From Deltaproteobacteria bacterium (GTDB lineage Bacteria; Myxococcota_A; Polyangia; Polyangiales; Houyiibacteriaceae), in assembly GCA_034670305.1 (NCBI GenBank), contig JAXMNT010000005.1, forward strand, positions 128,001 to 192,000: a stretch of 64,000 nt of DNA. The letters run 5' to 3'. Under the pieces are notes generated by a model, which saw only the letters and a program-made list of their open reading frames with translations, searched no databases and was not told where the DNA came from. Position 1 is the first letter of the stretch; each line of letters starts with the position of its first letter. A program made the translations under genes and the position numbers. Shown here one piece after another: positions 8,876-23,526 of the stretch.

Positions 8876-9901
8876 TTGATTCTCCGGACAGAGATCGTCG
8901 AGCAAATCGTGGATGGGGGGCTCCGCGACGAGTTCGTCAAAGACGTCGTCATGACCCCCGGTCAACCGATCGGCATGGTTCGAAAGCGACGCCGTGTGAA
9001 CGGCGCGCCCATCGAGACGCGCGGCGCGGTGATGTTGGTACACGGCTTCGCCCAGAACCGGTACACCTGGCACACCTCGAAGCGCTCGTTCTCGGGGTAC
9101 CTCGCGCACCACGGCTGGGATGTATTCAACGTCGATCTGCGCGGTCATGGCCGATCGATCCTGTTCGACGGCAAACGACCGCAAGCGGTCGACGAGTACG
9201 TGCAAGAAGACCTGCCCGCGTGCGCCGAAGAGGTGGAGCGGCTCTCGGGCCACCAAAAGGTGGTGCTCATCGGTCACTCGATGGGCGGGCTCATCTCGTA
9301 CAGCGCTGGCGCGACCGCCCTGCGCGAGCGGGTGCGTGCGATCGTCACCCTCGGCTCGCCCTACGGTTTCGGCAAGGGGTCGGTGCCGATGCAGGTGCTC
9401 GCGGCAGCGATCCAGACCGCGCGGGTCACGGGCATCCTCGACGGCGAGATCACCCTGCCGCTCAAGTGGCTCGGCAAACACCTGCGCAAGCGGCGCGCGA
9501 TGTGGGACAGCCGGTTCTTTCCGACCCCGGTCCGCGCGTGGCGCGCAGGCTCGGTGGAGGACGACGTGCTCGAGGAGTACCTGCGCCTCGCGTGGGAACA
9601 CACCCACCTCTCCATCGCCTTCGACATCCTCGCGGGCGGAGACCGAGTCGCCCTGCACAGCCGGGACGGACGCCTCGACTACGGCGCCGCGTTCGAAGCC
9701 CTCCGCACCCCGCTCCTGGTGATCGCCGGCGACTCGGACGATCTCGCCCCACCGGCGAGTTGCCGCGCCGCCTACGACCGGAGCCGCAGCCCCGACAAAC
9801 ACTTCCGCGTCTTTCCGGCCGGCCATGTCGACATCGTCATCGGCCGCGAGACCGCCAAGACGATCTGGCCCCTCATCCGCGACTTCCTCGCGCGCCGCTA
9901 G
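8876..9901 (+). CDS. Alpha/beta-hydrolase (lipase/PhaC-like)
   Basis: LVHGF oxyanion motif, VDLRGHG, GHSMGG nucleophile elbow, DSDDL Asp, GHVD His; TTG start. Confidence 0.85.
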   Translation: MILRTEIVEQIVDGGLRDEFVKDVVMTPGQPIGMVRKRRRVNGAPIETRGAVMLVHGFAQNRYTWHTSKRSFSGYLAHHGWDVFNVDLRGHGRSILFDGKRPQAVDEYVQEDLPACAEEVERLSGHQKVVLIGHSMGGLISYSAGATALRERVRAIVTLGSPYGFGKGSVPMQVLAAAIQTARVTGILDGEITLPLKWLGKHLRKRRAMWDSRFFPTPVRAWRAGSVEDDVLEEYLRLAWEHTHLSIAFDILAGGDRVALHSRDGRLDYGAAFEALRTPLLVIAGDSDDLAPPASCRAAYDRSRSPDKHFRVFPAGHVDIVIGRETAKTIWPLIRDFLARR

Positions 9902-10011
9902 ACCGTCACGTTTCGCAAGCGCTGACTGGCAGCTCCCGACCACCCCATCGCACGACGTTCTTCCACCCGACGGCTCGCGCGGGGTCCGCTCGCCGCATAG
10001 ACTCTCGCTCG

Positions 10012-11145
10012 GTGCGCTCTCTCCCCCCGGCAGTGCGATGGTTGTTCTTGGGTGTCGCGCTTGTCGCCGCGCCTGGACCCGCGCGTGCTCAGGACGGGCC
10101 GGTGGCGCCGCACGCCGACGAGCCGAGTGAGGCGGAGCCGGCCGTGGTCGGCGACGCTCCTGCGCCGCGCGTGATGCGGGTCGCCGTGCTCGTGCTCGGT
10201 GCCTCTGCCGACGATGCGGTCGCAGCCGACGGGGTGAGCGAAGTGCTCATCGGCGCTGTCGCGAGCCGCGCCACCGCGCCGTTGCGCATCGTCGGCAAAG
10301 AGGAGCTGCAGGTCGCGCTCGGCCAGGGCGAAGAACGATCGCTCGACTGCGTGAGCTCGACGCCGTGCCTGGGCCGGATCGGCGTGCAGCTCGACTTGGA
10401 CGAAGTCATCGCGGGCGTCGTCCGCCGCCATGCCGAGGGCTGGCGTTTTGATCTCAACCGCATCGATGTGCGCAGCGGCGAGAGCGTGGGGCAGGCCAAC
10501 GGAGAGGTGCGCGGCGACGTCGGTGCGCTGGCGGCCGCGATGGGCACCGCGCTTCCGGAACTCTACGCGGTTCGGGTCGCGCCGATCGTGCTGCGCATCT
10601 CGGCCAGCGCGCTCGAGGCGGAGATCCGGGTCGACGGCCGCCGGGTCGGCACGTTCACCGGCGAACCGATCACGCTCCGCGATCTCCAAAGCGGCGATCA
10701 CGTCATCGAAGTCAGCGCGCCGGGATACCAGCCCTGGCGACGCGAACTCGAACTCGACGCGGGCGAGAACCGCGACCTCGAAGCCGGGCTCACACCGATG
10801 CTTGGAAGCGTCGTTCCGCCGCCCCCGCGAGGCGGGGTGTCTCCGCTGGTCTGGGTCGGCGCCGGGGTGTTGGTGCTCGGCGGCGCGACCACGTTGATCT
10901 TCGGGATTCGATCGCGGCTTGATCCGGTCGAGGGTGTGAACCGCGCGGACGCGGTGTCCTTCCACGAAGACCGCGAGCGCGACGCGCGCCTCGCCAACGC
11001 GGGACTCGGCGTGATGGGCGTGGGGGCGGCCGTCGCCATCACCGGGTTCATCGTCTCTGAGTTCGGCGGGTCGCAGGACTCGAACCACGCGTTCGTCGCG
11101 CCCATCCCTGGTGGCGCCATGGCCGGATTCGAGGGGCGGCTGTGA
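10012..11145 (+). CDS. PEGA-domain secreted/membrane protein
   Basis: Signal peptide ending ARAQ; AEIRVDGRRVG...GDHVIEVSAPGY PEGA motif; C-terminal hydrophobic helices; start approximate. Confidence 0.75.
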   Translation: MRSLPPAVRWLFLGVALVAAPGPARAQDGPVAPHADEPSEAEPAVVGDAPAPRVMRVAVLVLGASADDAVAADGVSEVLIGAVASRATAPLRIVGKEELQVALGQGEERSLDCVSSTPCLGRIGVQLDLDEVIAGVVRRHAEGWRFDLNRIDVRSGESVGQANGEVRGDVGALAAAMGTALPELYAVRVAPIVLRISASALEAEIRVDGRRVGTFTGEPITLRDLQSGDHVIEVSAPGYQPWRRELELDAGENRDLEAGLTPMLGSVVPPPPRGGVSPLVWVGAGVLVLGGATTLIFGIRSRLDPVEGVNRADAVSFHEDRERDARLANAGLGVMGVGAAVAITGFIVSEFGGSQDSNHAFVAPIPGGAMAGFEGRL

Positions 11146-12281
11146 CCGCGCGCGCGCTGATGCTGTGGGGCGCGTGTCTCGTGCTCGGCGCATGCCGGGT
11201 CGACGGCGGCTACCTCGACGACGAACGCTTCGATTGCGCGGGCCCGAGCGACTGCGGCAGCGGCTGGGGATGCGTGCAAGCGTCGCCGTACGCGAGCGAC
11301 TTCTGTGCGCCCGACTGCAGTGAGCTCAGCGGCTGCGACGGGATCTGCACCGTTCAGTCCGACGGCCGCGCGCTCTGCCTGCGCGGCTGTCGACTCCTGG
11401 CCGATGGCACGACTTCGCCCTGCCAGAGCGAAGACTTCGAATGCGTGCGGTCCAGCGCCGAGACCGACGAAGGCATCTGTTATCCGGTGGAGACCTGCCG
11501 CGGTTCGGACGAGTGCGCCGACGGCGAGATCTGTTTGTCGGAGCTCGTCGGTCTCTCGCCCTCCGACCCGGACTCGGCGGGCTACTACTGCGTGCCCCAG
11601 CCGGACGAGGTCGGCGCCTGCCCGAGCCGCTCGCAGCCGGTGACGCTCGGACCGGGCGCAGACCTGTGCCTTGCGACCTGCGACCCGCCCGACACGCGCT
11701 GTCCGCCTGGGTTCGGTTGTCTGCTTCAGAGCGCGGTGTTCTCAGAAGACGAAGTGCTCTGCTTCCCCGGCCTCTACGGCGTGCCCTGCGACGACGATAC
11801 GAACTGCATCTTCGGCACTTGTCTCGACGCGGGCGGCGCCGGCAAACAGTGCTCCCTCTCATGCGACGAAGCGGCTCGGCTCGTGGGCGGCTGCGGCAAC
11901 CTCTTCAGCCTGGGAACCGTGATCGACGCGCTCTCGCTCGAGTGCGACCCGACCGCGAACGGAGGCGCCGGCGGCGGGCTCTGCGTGGTGCACTCGGACG
12001 TCGGGTTCATTTGCACCACACCGGAGAGCGACGCGTACCGGTGCGCCGAGGGCCTCGATTGCCGCACCTTCCCGACCACCGACGGAGAGGTCCGCTTCTG
12101 CACCCGGGACTGCCGCATCGACCAGCAGTGCAACGACCCAGGCAGCGACTCGAACTACTGCTTGCTCGGCGTGGGCGATGGCGGGATCTGTTTTCCCAAA
12201 GGGAGCGATGGCGCGCGTTGCCTGGAAGACAACGAGTGCGAGAGTGGTCTTTGCCGTGATGTCTGCGTCAGCACTTCCTGA
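11142..12281 (+). CDS. Cys-rich lipoprotein
   Basis: LVLGAC lipobox; many CxxxxxC repeats; overlaps upstream stop (GTGA). Confidence 0.75.
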   Translation: MTARALMLWGACLVLGACRVDGGYLDDERFDCAGPSDCGSGWGCVQASPYASDFCAPDCSELSGCDGICTVQSDGRALCLRGCRLLADGTTSPCQSEDFECVRSSAETDEGICYPVETCRGSDECADGEICLSELVGLSPSDPDSAGYYCVPQPDEVGACPSRSQPVTLGPGADLCLATCDPPDTRCPPGFGCLLQSAVFSEDEVLCFPGLYGVPCDDDTNCIFGTCLDAGGAGKQCSLSCDEAARLVGGCGNLFSLGTVIDALSLECDPTANGGAGGGLCVVHSDVGFICTTPESDAYRCAEGLDCRTFPTTDGEVRFCTRDCRIDQQCNDPGSDSNYCLLGVGDGGICFPKGSDGARCLEDNECESGLCRDVCVSTS

Positions 12282-12299
12282 ATCCTGTCGAGTGCGTCG

Positions 12300-13139
12300 A
12301 TGACCACCCCCGTCCGCGACCTGCCGACCTGCGACCTGCCGATCGGGGTCTTCGACTCTGGGCTCGGTGGACTGACCGTGGCAGGCGCGATCCGCACCGC
12401 GCTGCCCGACGAGTCGCTCATCTACCTGGGCGACACGGCCCGCGTGCCGTACGGGAGCCGCAGCGCCCACACCGTGATCCGCTACGCGCGCAGCTGCGCG
12501 TCGCATCTGTCGGCGCGCGGCATGAAGGTGCTGGTCGTGGCCTGCAACACGGTCAGCGCGGTGGCGCTCGACATGCTGCGGCTCGAGCTCGACGTACCGG
12601 TGCTCGGCGTGGTGTTGCCCGGCGCGCGGGCCGGCGTCGCGGCGTCCGGCAGCGGCAAGCTCGGCGTCCTGGCGACGCGGGGCACGGTGGCGAGCGGCGC
12701 GTACGTGCGCGCGACCGGTAGCATCGCGCCGCGGGTCGAGGTGATCGCACGGCCGGCGCCGCTCTTCGTCCCGCTCGCGGAAGAAGGATGGGTCGACGGC
12801 GACGTGCCCGAACAAGTGGCGCGCACGTACCTGCAGCCGCTGGTCGCGGACGGGGTGAACGCGGTGGTGCTCGGCTGCACGCATTACCCGCTGCTTCGCC
12901 CGGTCATCGAGAAGGTGCTTGCGCAGCTCGGCTCTTCGGCCGCGGTGGTCGACGGCGCCGAAGCCACCGCGGAAGCGTTGCGTGAGGTCTTGGCGGATCG
13001 ATCGCTGGCGACGACGCGTCCTGGACCGGGTTCGCTCGAGATGCTGGTGACCGATCTGCCCGACCGCTTCGCGGAAGTCGCCAGCCGGTTTCTCGGCGAA
13101 GAGGTGACGGGCGAGATGATCACCCAAGTCGACCTGTAG
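12300..13139 (+). CDS. murI: Glutamate racemase
   Basis: IGVFDSGLGGLTV, PYG, VACNT, LGCTHYP. Confidence 0.97.
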   Translation: MTTPVRDLPTCDLPIGVFDSGLGGLTVAGAIRTALPDESLIYLGDTARVPYGSRSAHTVIRYARSCASHLSARGMKVLVVACNTVSAVALDMLRLELDVPVLGVVLPGARAGVAASGSGKLGVLATRGTVASGAYVRATGSIAPRVEVIARPAPLFVPLAEEGWVDGDVPEQVARTYLQPLVADGVNAVVLGCTHYPLLRPVIEKVLAQLGSSAAVVDGAEATAEALREVLADRSLATTRPGPGSLEMLVTDLPDRFAEVASRFLGEEVTGEMITQVDL

Positions 13140-13140
13140 G

Positions 13141-13462
13141 GCGCGAAGCGAGGCCAGTGCGACCCGTGCCTGGTGAAGCGCGAAGCGAAGCCAGTGCGAC
13201 CCGTGCCCGTGCCCGTGCCCGATCGCTGAAGCCAATCCCGACCGCCGACGCCGACGCCGAAACCGAGTCCGAAGCCGAAGCCGAATCCGAAGCCGAAGCC
13301 GAATCCGAATCCGAAGCCGAAGCCGAAGCCGACGCCGAATCCGAATCCGAAGCCGAAGCCGACGCCGAAGCCGACGCCGAAGCCGACGCCGAAGCCGAAG
13401 CCGAATCCGAAGCCGACGCCGAAGCCGACGCCGAATCCGAATCCGAAGCCGAAGCCGACGCC
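13141..13462. repeat. 30-bp direct repeat pair, (CCCGTG)3, then hexamer array (GAAGCC/GACGCC/GAATCC)
   Basis: GCGCGAAGCGA(G/A)GCCAGTGCGACCCGTGCC at 13141 and 13178; array about 13244-13462 is the reverse complement of the array type at 919. Confidence 0.9.
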
Positions 13463-13595
13463 CAAGTCGGGCACGGGTCGGATCCCAAGGAATGGGGGAG
13501 GGGGTGGTCTCAGGGGGGCAGGGGGTCTTCGCGGGGAGTGCGTGGGATCCGCGTGGGAGGTGGTCGTGGTGGTGGTGTTCGATCGGGGGGTGGGG

Positions 13596-16500
13596 GTGCG
13601 GGCATTGCTCTTGGCTGTGTGCGTTGCGTGCAGCGGGGGCACGTCGTCGCGGAACGAGACGCTTCTGGAGCGGCGCGAGCCCGCCGAGAGCCACGTCTCG
13701 ACGGGGTCGGAGATCGCGGAGCCGCTTGAGGTCGCCGATCTGCAGGGCGCGGCTGCGGCGCCGGACGAAGCGGAGATCCCGGACGAGATCACCGACCTCG
13801 GGAGCCGGGTGGCCCCGAGGCGACTGCACATCCCGACCACCCGGGGTGGCAAGACCGAACACTTCACCTTCGACGGGCACCGCCGAGGCTGGTTCGCGCG
13901 CCTGCCCACCGGCCGCCAGTCGCTGCTGACGCCGGTCTACGGCGACGGCAAGGTCTACGTGGGCGGCGGTTTCTCGAGCCACCAGCTCTTCGCGTACGAC
14001 GCCCGCAGCGGCGCCCGCGCATGGAGCGCGTCGGCACCCGACGGCGGTCCCTCGGCCGCGATCTACGAGAGCGGCAAGGTGCTCTTCAACACCGAGAGCT
14101 GCACCCTGTTCGCGGTCGACGCCGAGACCGGACGACAGCGCTGGAGCCGGTGGCTCGGTGATCCGTTGATGAGTCAGCCCGCCGCGAACAGCGAGCTCGT
14201 CTTCAGTGGCCACATCGTCGATGGCGAATCGCCCGGACACATCGAGCCCGGCACCACCGGCTTCGGCGTCGGAGACGGACGCCGCTACGCGTTCACCGCG
14301 CTGAGACTCTCGAACGGCCGGCCGCGATGGACGCGGCGCATCAGCGCCGACGTGATGAACGCGCCGGTGCTCGACGCGGCCGAAGGCACCGTGCTCTTCA
14401 CGACCATGGACGGCGTCGTGTGGAAACTCGACCAGCAGACCGGCCGGGTGGTGTGGCGCAAGCGGCTGCACGCGACGAGCGCGCCGTGGCTCGATGGCGA
14501 ACGCGTGCATGTCACCGTCGCGCTCCGACAAGACGGAGAACGCAAGGAGCGCGCGGTGGTGCTGGCGAAGGCCGATGGCGCCACCGAGGCGCAGTACGAT
14601 CCAGTCGACGCGCCCTTTGCCCGCCGCCCCGACACGAGCGTCGAAGCCGGCTGGGCGTTCGAGGGGTCGCGCGCGACGATCGTCGATGGCCGCAGCTACC
14701 AGACCCTCGGCAACGAAATACAGAGCCGCAACGCGGAGACCGGCGAACTCCTCTGGCGCCGCCGCTACGCAAGCGCGCCTCCCCGGGGGCGGGCCCGTCC
14801 CGCGAGCCCGCCGGCGATCGCCGCCGGTCAGCTCGTCTTCGGGACCCAGGACGGAGTGCTCTACGGACTCGACATCGACACCGGCATGACCACCTGGGCG
14901 TACGACGTCGGCGAACCGATCGTCACCCAGCCGACGGTGGCCCACGGATGGGTGTACGCCGCGACCGGGCGCGGCGGCCTCGTCGCGCTCGAAGTCTCCG
15001 ACGCAAGCTTCGATGGGTGGCACCAGTGGGGCGGGAACGCGGCGCACAACGGCGCGGTCGTCGGCGCCACGCCGCCGGTCGAAGCGGACGAGCGACCGAC
15101 CGAAGGCACGCTGCGGCTGGACGAAGCCGCGCGCGATGCAGAGGCGCCGGTGTTCCCGCTCTCGGGCACCGAGGTCACGGCGCACGTCGAGGGATTCGTC
15201 GCGCGGGTCGAAGTGCGGCAGACCTTCACCAACCCCTACGACCGACCGGTGGAGGCGGTGTATCTCTTTCCGCTGCCCGACGACGCGGCGGTCGATGGCA
15301 TGCAGCTGCGAAGCGGCGAACGGGTGATCGAAGCCACCATTCAACGCCGCGAACAGGCGCGCGAAGCCTACGAGAGCGCGCGCGACCGAGGCGTGCTCGC
15401 GAGTCTGCTCGAACAGGAGCGACCGAACCTCTTCCGGCAGAGCGTCGCCAACCTCAAGCCGGGCGACTCGATCGACGTCACCCTGCGGTACACCCAGGTG
15501 CTGCCCTACGAAGAAGGCGCCTACCGGTTCGTCTACCCGCTCGTCGCCGGACCTCGGTTCGCGGAAGAGCCGGGTCACGACGACCCGGACGACGCCGACA
15601 CCGACGTGCATCAAGTCGTGCTCGCCCCGGGCGAGGCGCGACCGGACCGGGTGTCGATCGCATTGCACGCCGCGCTCGGCATGGCGGTGCAGGACGTGCG
15701 CTCGCCCACCCACGCGGTGAAGGTGGAACGCGAGGGAGGCTCTGGGATGGTGGTTTCGCTCGACGAACCGGCCCGTCCCGATCGCGACTTCGAGGTTCGG
15801 TTCCAGGTCGCCGGCGAAGCCCCGACCGTCGGTCTCGCGACCAGTCCGCCGACCGCGGCGATCGGTGAATCAGAGGCGACGCCAGGTCATTTCTCGTTCG
15901 CGGTGCATCCGCGACTCGAGGTGCCGGACGGCGAGGTCATGCCGCGCGAGCTCGTCTTCGTCGTCGACACCTCGAGCTCGATGCACGGCCGCCCGATGGA
16001 ACTCGCAAAGGCCGCGATGCGCCGCGCGCTCGAGGGACTTCGCCCGACCGACACGTTCCGGGTCCTCAGCTTCGCGGACGAGACCGAAGCGCTCGCCGAA
16101 GAAGCGCTGCCCGCGACCGCGGCCAACCGCGCCCGTGGCCAGCGGTTCGTGGAAGGGCTGCGCGCGCTTGGCCGCACCCGCATGGTGCAAGGCATCGAAG
16201 CGGCGCTGGCACCGGCCACCGCGCCCGACCGGGTGCGCTTCGTCGTGCTGATGACCGACGGGTACATCGCGCACGAAGCCGAAGTGTTCCGCGCGGTACA
16301 CGAAGGTCTCGGCCAGTCGCGCATGTTCGCGTTCGGGGTCGGCAGCGCGGTCAACCGCTACCTGCTCACCCGCGTCGCGGAGGTGGGGCGCGGCGACGTG
16401 CAGGTGGTGCTGCCCGGCGAGTCCGCGGAAGCTGCGGCGGATCGCTTTCACGATCGCATCGGACGCCCGTACCTGACCGATGTGCAGATCGATTGGGGCG

Positions 16501-17363
16501 ACCTCGCGGTGGAGAACGCGTACCCGCGGCGCTTGCCGGATCTCTTTGCGGACCGGCCGCTGGTGGTCCACGCGCAGTACCGGCGCGGCGGCACGAGCGA
16601 GGTCGTGATTCGAGGCCGGGTGGCTGGGCGCGCGTTCGAGCAGCGCGTCTCCATCACGCTGCCCGACGCCGGCGAACCTCGCGACGCGCTCGCCTCGATC
16701 TGGGCCCGGACGCGCATCCGCGATCTGATGACCGCGATGGCGCTCCGCCCAAGCGACGGGCTCCGGGAAGAAGTCACGCAGATGGGTCTGCGGCACCACC
16801 TGCTCACCGAGTGGACCGCCTTCATCGCGATCGACGAGCGGTCGCGGGTGACGACGGGATCGACCCGGGTGGACCAGCCGTCCCAGCTGCCCGCCGGGCT
16901 CACGGCGCCGCCCGCGCCGCCGCCATCGCGCAGTGGGGTGCGGCGACGGATGATGCGCGCGACCTCGATGAGCAGCACCCGCGGTGGCGGCGTGCTGCGT
17001 GCGTTGGAGGTGCGCGCGTTGGAGGCGCCGCGACCGGTGCGGGCGCCTGCAGCCACCAGTGCAGACAGCACCGGGGCCCCGGGCACGACCGAGCGCGCGC
17101 GGGTGGACTCGACGCGGGGGGTGGGCAACCAGCAGCAGCGGTGCATGGCGCTGGCCCGCCGTCCCAACGGCACCTTCGACCAAGCGGCCTTCGACGCCTG
17201 CATGCGCCGAGGCCACAAGCGGCTGGACGAGACCGCACTCAAACGCCGTCGAGCACCGTTGGGCGATGGGGTGACTCACCGCCGCGCACCGTGGCGCGAT
17301 GGGGTGACTCACCGCGGAGCACCGTGGCGCGACCGGACCCACCGACCTCGTGACCGCGAGTGA
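13596..17363 (+). CDS. Lipoprotein with PQQ-like beta-propeller, VIT and vWA domains
   Basis: LLLAVCVAC lipobox; propeller repeats ([12 protein letters not shown]); VIT motif [30 protein letters not shown] and TDG. Confidence 0.85.
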   Translation: MRALLLAVCVACSGGTSSRNETLLERREPAESHVSTGSEIAEPLEVADLQGAAAAPDEAEIPDEITDLGSRVAPRRLHIPTTRGGKTEHFTFDGHRRGWFARLPTGRQSLLTPVYGDGKVYVGGGFSSHQLFAYDARSGARAWSASAPDGGPSAAIYESGKVLFNTESCTLFAVDAETGRQRWSRWLGDPLMSQPAANSELVFSGHIVDGESPGHIEPGTTGFGVGDGRRYAFTALRLSNGRPRWTRRISADVMNAPVLDAAEGTVLFTTMDGVVWKLDQQTGRVVWRKRLHATSAPWLDGERVHVTVALRQDGERKERAVVLAKADGATEAQYDPVDAPFARRPDTSVEAGWAFEGSRATIVDGRSYQTLGNEIQSRNAETGELLWRRRYASAPPRGRARPASPPAIAAGQLVFGTQDGVLYGLDIDTGMTTWAYDVGEPIVTQPTVAHGWVYAATGRGGLVALEVSDASFDGWHQWGGNAAHNGAVVGATPPVEADERPTEGTLRLDEAARDAEAPVFPLSGTEVTAHVEGFVARVEVRQTFTNPYDRPVEAVYLFPLPDDAAVDGMQLRSGERVIEATIQRREQAREAYESARDRGVLASLLEQERPNLFRQSVANLKPGDSIDVTLRYTQVLPYEEGAYRFVYPLVAGPRFAEEPGHDDPDDADTDVHQVVLAPGEARPDRVSIALHAALGMAVQDVRSPTHAVKVEREGGSGMVVSLDEPARPDRDFEVRFQVAGEAPTVGLATSPPTAAIGESEATPGHFSFAVHPRLEVPDGEVMPRELVFVVDTSSSMHGRPMELAKAAMRRALEGLRPTDTFRVLSFADETEALAEEALPATAANRARGQRFVEGLRALGRTRMVQGIEAALAPATAPDRVRFVVLMTDGYIAHEAEVFRAVHEGLGQSRMFAFGVGSAVNRYLLTRVAEVGRGDVQVVLPGESAEAAADRFHDRIGRPYLTDVQIDWGDLAVENAYPRRLPDLFADRPLVVHAQYRRGGTSEVVIRGRVAGRAFEQRVSITLPDAGEPRDALASIWARTRIRDLMTAMALRPSDGLREEVTQMGLRHHLLTEWTAFIAIDERSRVTTGSTRVDQPSQLPAGLTAPPAPPPSRSGVRRRMMRATSMSSTRGGGVLRALEVRALEAPRPVRAPAATSADSTGAPGTTERARVDSTRGVGNQQQRCMALARRPNGTFDQAAFDACMRRGHKRLDETALKRRRAPLGDGVTHRRAPWRDGVTHRGAPWRDRTHRPRDRE

Positions 17364-17457
17364 TGCGGTCTCCCCGGTCGAGGTGTCGGCACATGGCCCA
17401 CATGGCGGCCTTCACACCTTCACCTCCGTGTCGGTAATCTCCCGGCAAGGGGGCGTG

Positions 17458-20600
<3,143 letters not shown>

Positions 20601-20604
<4 letters not shown>

Positions 20605-22259
20605 AGTGGGTGTACCCGTGGGTCCTCTGGGCCTGCGCGTGCAGCAGCCCAGCGCCTGTCGCGGACGTGCCGCGCTTCACCGAGGGCACGGCGCCAAGCT
20701 ACGTGCAGTCCATCGCAGGGGCCCCGTGCCGCACTGCGCCGGGCGAATGTCAGCCCGACCATTTCACCGGCGCGCTGGCGGTCGGGGACGTGGACGCAGA
20801 CGGGTGGCTCGATGTCGTCGTCACCCGACTCTCGGCGCACGATCTTCTCTTCCTCGGAGTACCGGGGGGCGGGTTCGTCGACGCGAGCGTCGCGTGGGGG
20901 CTCGATGTCGTCGACGCGCACTCGAACGGGGCCGCCCTCTTCGACGCGGACCGCGACGGCGATCTCGATCTCTACGTGGTCGGTCTCGGACCCGCCGATG
21001 CCGAGGCGCCGCACGACCGCTACCACTTCTTCCGCAACGAAGGAGACCACTTCACCGAAGACGCCGAAGCGCGCGGGTTGTCCTTCGCCAGCCGGTTCGG
21101 TCACTCCGGCATGAGCGTCGCGGTCGGCGACTACGACCGCGACGGTTGGCCGGACCTGCACCTGACCGAATGGCGCGCCCAAGAGAACGCAGCGGGCCAT
21201 CCGCACGAGCGGCTGCTCCGCAACCTCGGGGCCGAAGCGCCAGGCCACTTCGAAGACGTCACGCTGGCGGCCGGTGTGTTCTTGGCCAGCACGTTCTGCC
21301 GTGAAGACGGCAACGCGTGCCTGCCGCGCTCGTTCTCGTCGGCGTTCACAGATCTGGACGACGACGGCTGGCCGGACCTGGTCGTCGCGTCCGACTTCGG
21401 CTCGAGCCGCCTGTTCTGGAACCAGGCCGACGGCACGTTTGTCGACGGCACCGACGCCGCGGGGGTGGGCACCGACGAGAACGGCATGGGCTCGACGGTG
21501 GGCGACTTCGACGGGGACGGCCGGCTCGACTGGTTCGTCAGCAGCATCGACGACCGGGACGGTTGCGATCCGGATCTCTGTGGCTGGGGCGTGAGTGGCA
21601 ACCGGCTCTACCGGAACCTCGGCGACCGGCGGTTCGAGGACGCGACCGATGCGATCGGGGTCCGCCGCGGTGGATGGGGATGGGGCGCGGCCTTCTTCGA
21701 CGCCGACCTCGACGGCGACCTCGATCTCACCATGACCAATGGATTCGATGAGCCGGGCGTCGACGGGTTTCGCGACGATGGGATGCGCTTCTGGTGGAAC
21801 GAGGGCGCCGCGTGGACCGAGCAGAGCGCGGCCAGCGGGTTGAGCGACGACGGGCTCGGGCGTGGGCTCTGCGTCGAGGACATGGACAACGACGGGGATC
21901 TCGACGTGTTGGTCGTGCACCACGGGGCGGGTCTGCGGCTTTTCGAGAACGCGGCCCGATCCGCGACCGAACCCCGCGCCGACGCGCTCCACTTCGTCCG
22001 GATCGCGCCCTTGTATGCCGACGGGGCGATCGCACTCGGCGCGAAGGTCACGGCGTTTCGGTCCGACAGCACGGCGATGCTCGTTCGCGAAGTCGGTCAG
22101 CGCGCCCATTTCTTGTGCACCACCCCAGCCAGCGCCCACTTCGGACTCGGCACTCGGACCGCCCCGATCGACGTCGAGGTGCGGTGGCCGACCGGGGAGA
22201 CCACCACCCATTCGGACCTGGCGGTCGACCAGCTGCACCGGGTTTGGCAGGACGGCTGA
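20601..22259 (+). CDS. CRTAC1-like FG-GAP / ASPIC-UnbV protein
   Basis: Repeated GDxDxDGxxDL motifs; C-terminal AHFGLG...VEVRWPTG. Confidence 0.85.
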
Positions 22260-22302
22260 CGAGCGTTGTTCTAACCGCTTCGGACCCGTGGTAAACCGCT
22301 TC

Positions 22303-22329
22303 GGAACCTCGCGGGTCGTTCTGTTGTCT
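22303..22329 (+). promoter_or_regulatory. Putative ECF sigma autoregulatory promoter
   Basis: GGAACC (22303-22308)-N17-GTCT (22326-22329) upstream of an ECF sigma gene. Confidence 0.55.
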
Positions 22330-22408
22330 GTTCGGCGTGGGTGTGGTCTCGAACTCGGCGACGTTGGAGGTCGAGCGGGCTGCGACGGCCGCTGGGTTCG
22401 GCGTGCCC

Positions 22409-23020
22409 ATGGCGGATGCAGACGAGAAACGGCTGGTCGAACGCCTCAAGCGGCAGGACGAAGCTGCGTTCAACGAGCTGGTGGAGCTCTACCAGGGCCG
22501 GATCTTCCGGCTGGTCTTTCGCATGCTCAAAGACCGCGCCGAAGCGGAGGACCTCGCTCAGGAGGTGTTCGTCACCGTCTTCAAGTCGATCCACGGGTTT
22601 CGCGGCGACTCCAAACTCAGCACGTGGCTCTACCGGGTGGCGACGAACCACTGCAAGAACCGGCTGAAGTACCTCGGCCGTCGGGCCCGCGGAAAGAAGT
22701 CCGAGTTCGACGAGATCGCCGACGCGCACCAGCTCGAGAGCGCGACGATGAACCCGACCGGGCGGGTGCCGAGGCCGGACGAGGTCGCGCAGGGCAAGCA
22801 GACCGAACACATCATTCGGGTGGCGCTCTACGAGCTTCCGGAGGACCAGCGACAGCTCGTCGTGCTGCGGGACATCGAGAACCTGACCTACGACGAGATC
22901 CAAGAAGAGACCGGGCTTCCGTCCGGCACCGTGAAGAGTCGACTGCACCGGGCACGACTGGCACTCGCCAAACGGGTCCGGGAGCTACAAGGTGAAGGTT
23001 CCCAGGAGGATTCGAAGTGA
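22409..23020 (+). CDS. ECF RNA polymerase sigma factor (RpoE-like)
   Basis: AEDLAQEVF, FRGDSKLSTWLYRVATN, LTYDEI, GTVKSRLHRAR. Confidence 0.93.
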   Translation: MADADEKRLVERLKRQDEAAFNELVELYQGRIFRLVFRMLKDRAEAEDLAQEVFVTVFKSIHGFRGDSKLSTWLYRVATNHCKNRLKYLGRRARGKKSEFDEIADAHQLESATMNPTGRVPRPDEVAQGKQTEHIIRVALYELPEDQRQLVVLRDIENLTYDEIQEETGLPSGTVKSRLHRARLALAKRVRELQGEGSQEDSK

Positions 23021-23457
23021 GCCCCGACGAGGCACGAGACCTGTTCAGCGAGGCGTACGACGAAGCGCTCGACGGCGAAGCGAAAGCCCGCTTCGACGAA
23101 GCGCTGCTCGGCGACGATGCGTTGCGTGCGGAGTGGGAAGACTTCCGGGCGCTCTTCTCCAGCGCTTCGGTGCTCAAGACGGGCGACTTCGATGCCCTCG
23201 ATGATCTGGACGACCTCGACGACGACGCACTCGCTGCGCTCGCCGAGGCCGAAGGCGACGACGACATCGTGGTGCCAGATCTGCTCCACGGCGTGCAGCG
23301 CCGGATCCGCGAACGGAGCCGCGGCCGCTTCTACCGAGACCGGTTCGCGCAGCGCCAGAACAGCATGGGCTGGACGCCGCTCCTGCTGGCCGCGGTGATG
23401 TTGGTCGTGCTCGCAGCCGCCTGGCTCGGCATGACCTTCGTCCAAGTCGCCCCCTGA
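23017..23457 (+). CDS. Putative membrane-anchored anti-sigma factor
   Basis: Coupled to the sigma stop (GTGA); N-terminal helical domain and one C-terminal TM segment. Confidence 0.7.
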   Translation: MSPDEARDLFSEAYDEALDGEAKARFDEALLGDDALRAEWEDFRALFSSASVLKTGDFDALDDLDDLDDDALAALAEAEGDDDIVVPDLLHGVQRRIRERSRGRFYRDRFAQRQNSMGWTPLLLAAVMLVVLAAAWLGMTFVQVAP

Positions 23458-23526
23458 CGCGGTGGTCTGAGCGCACGCCAGATCGAGGCGTGATCGAAGA
23501 AGGCTGCACGACTGTCGTGGTGGCGT

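Noticed and set aside
13141..13207. 30-bp repeat pair (and the 33-bp repeats at 17254) as a possible CRISPR array
   Set aside because: Only 2-3 copies, no unique spacers of 25-45 bp, and no cas genes.
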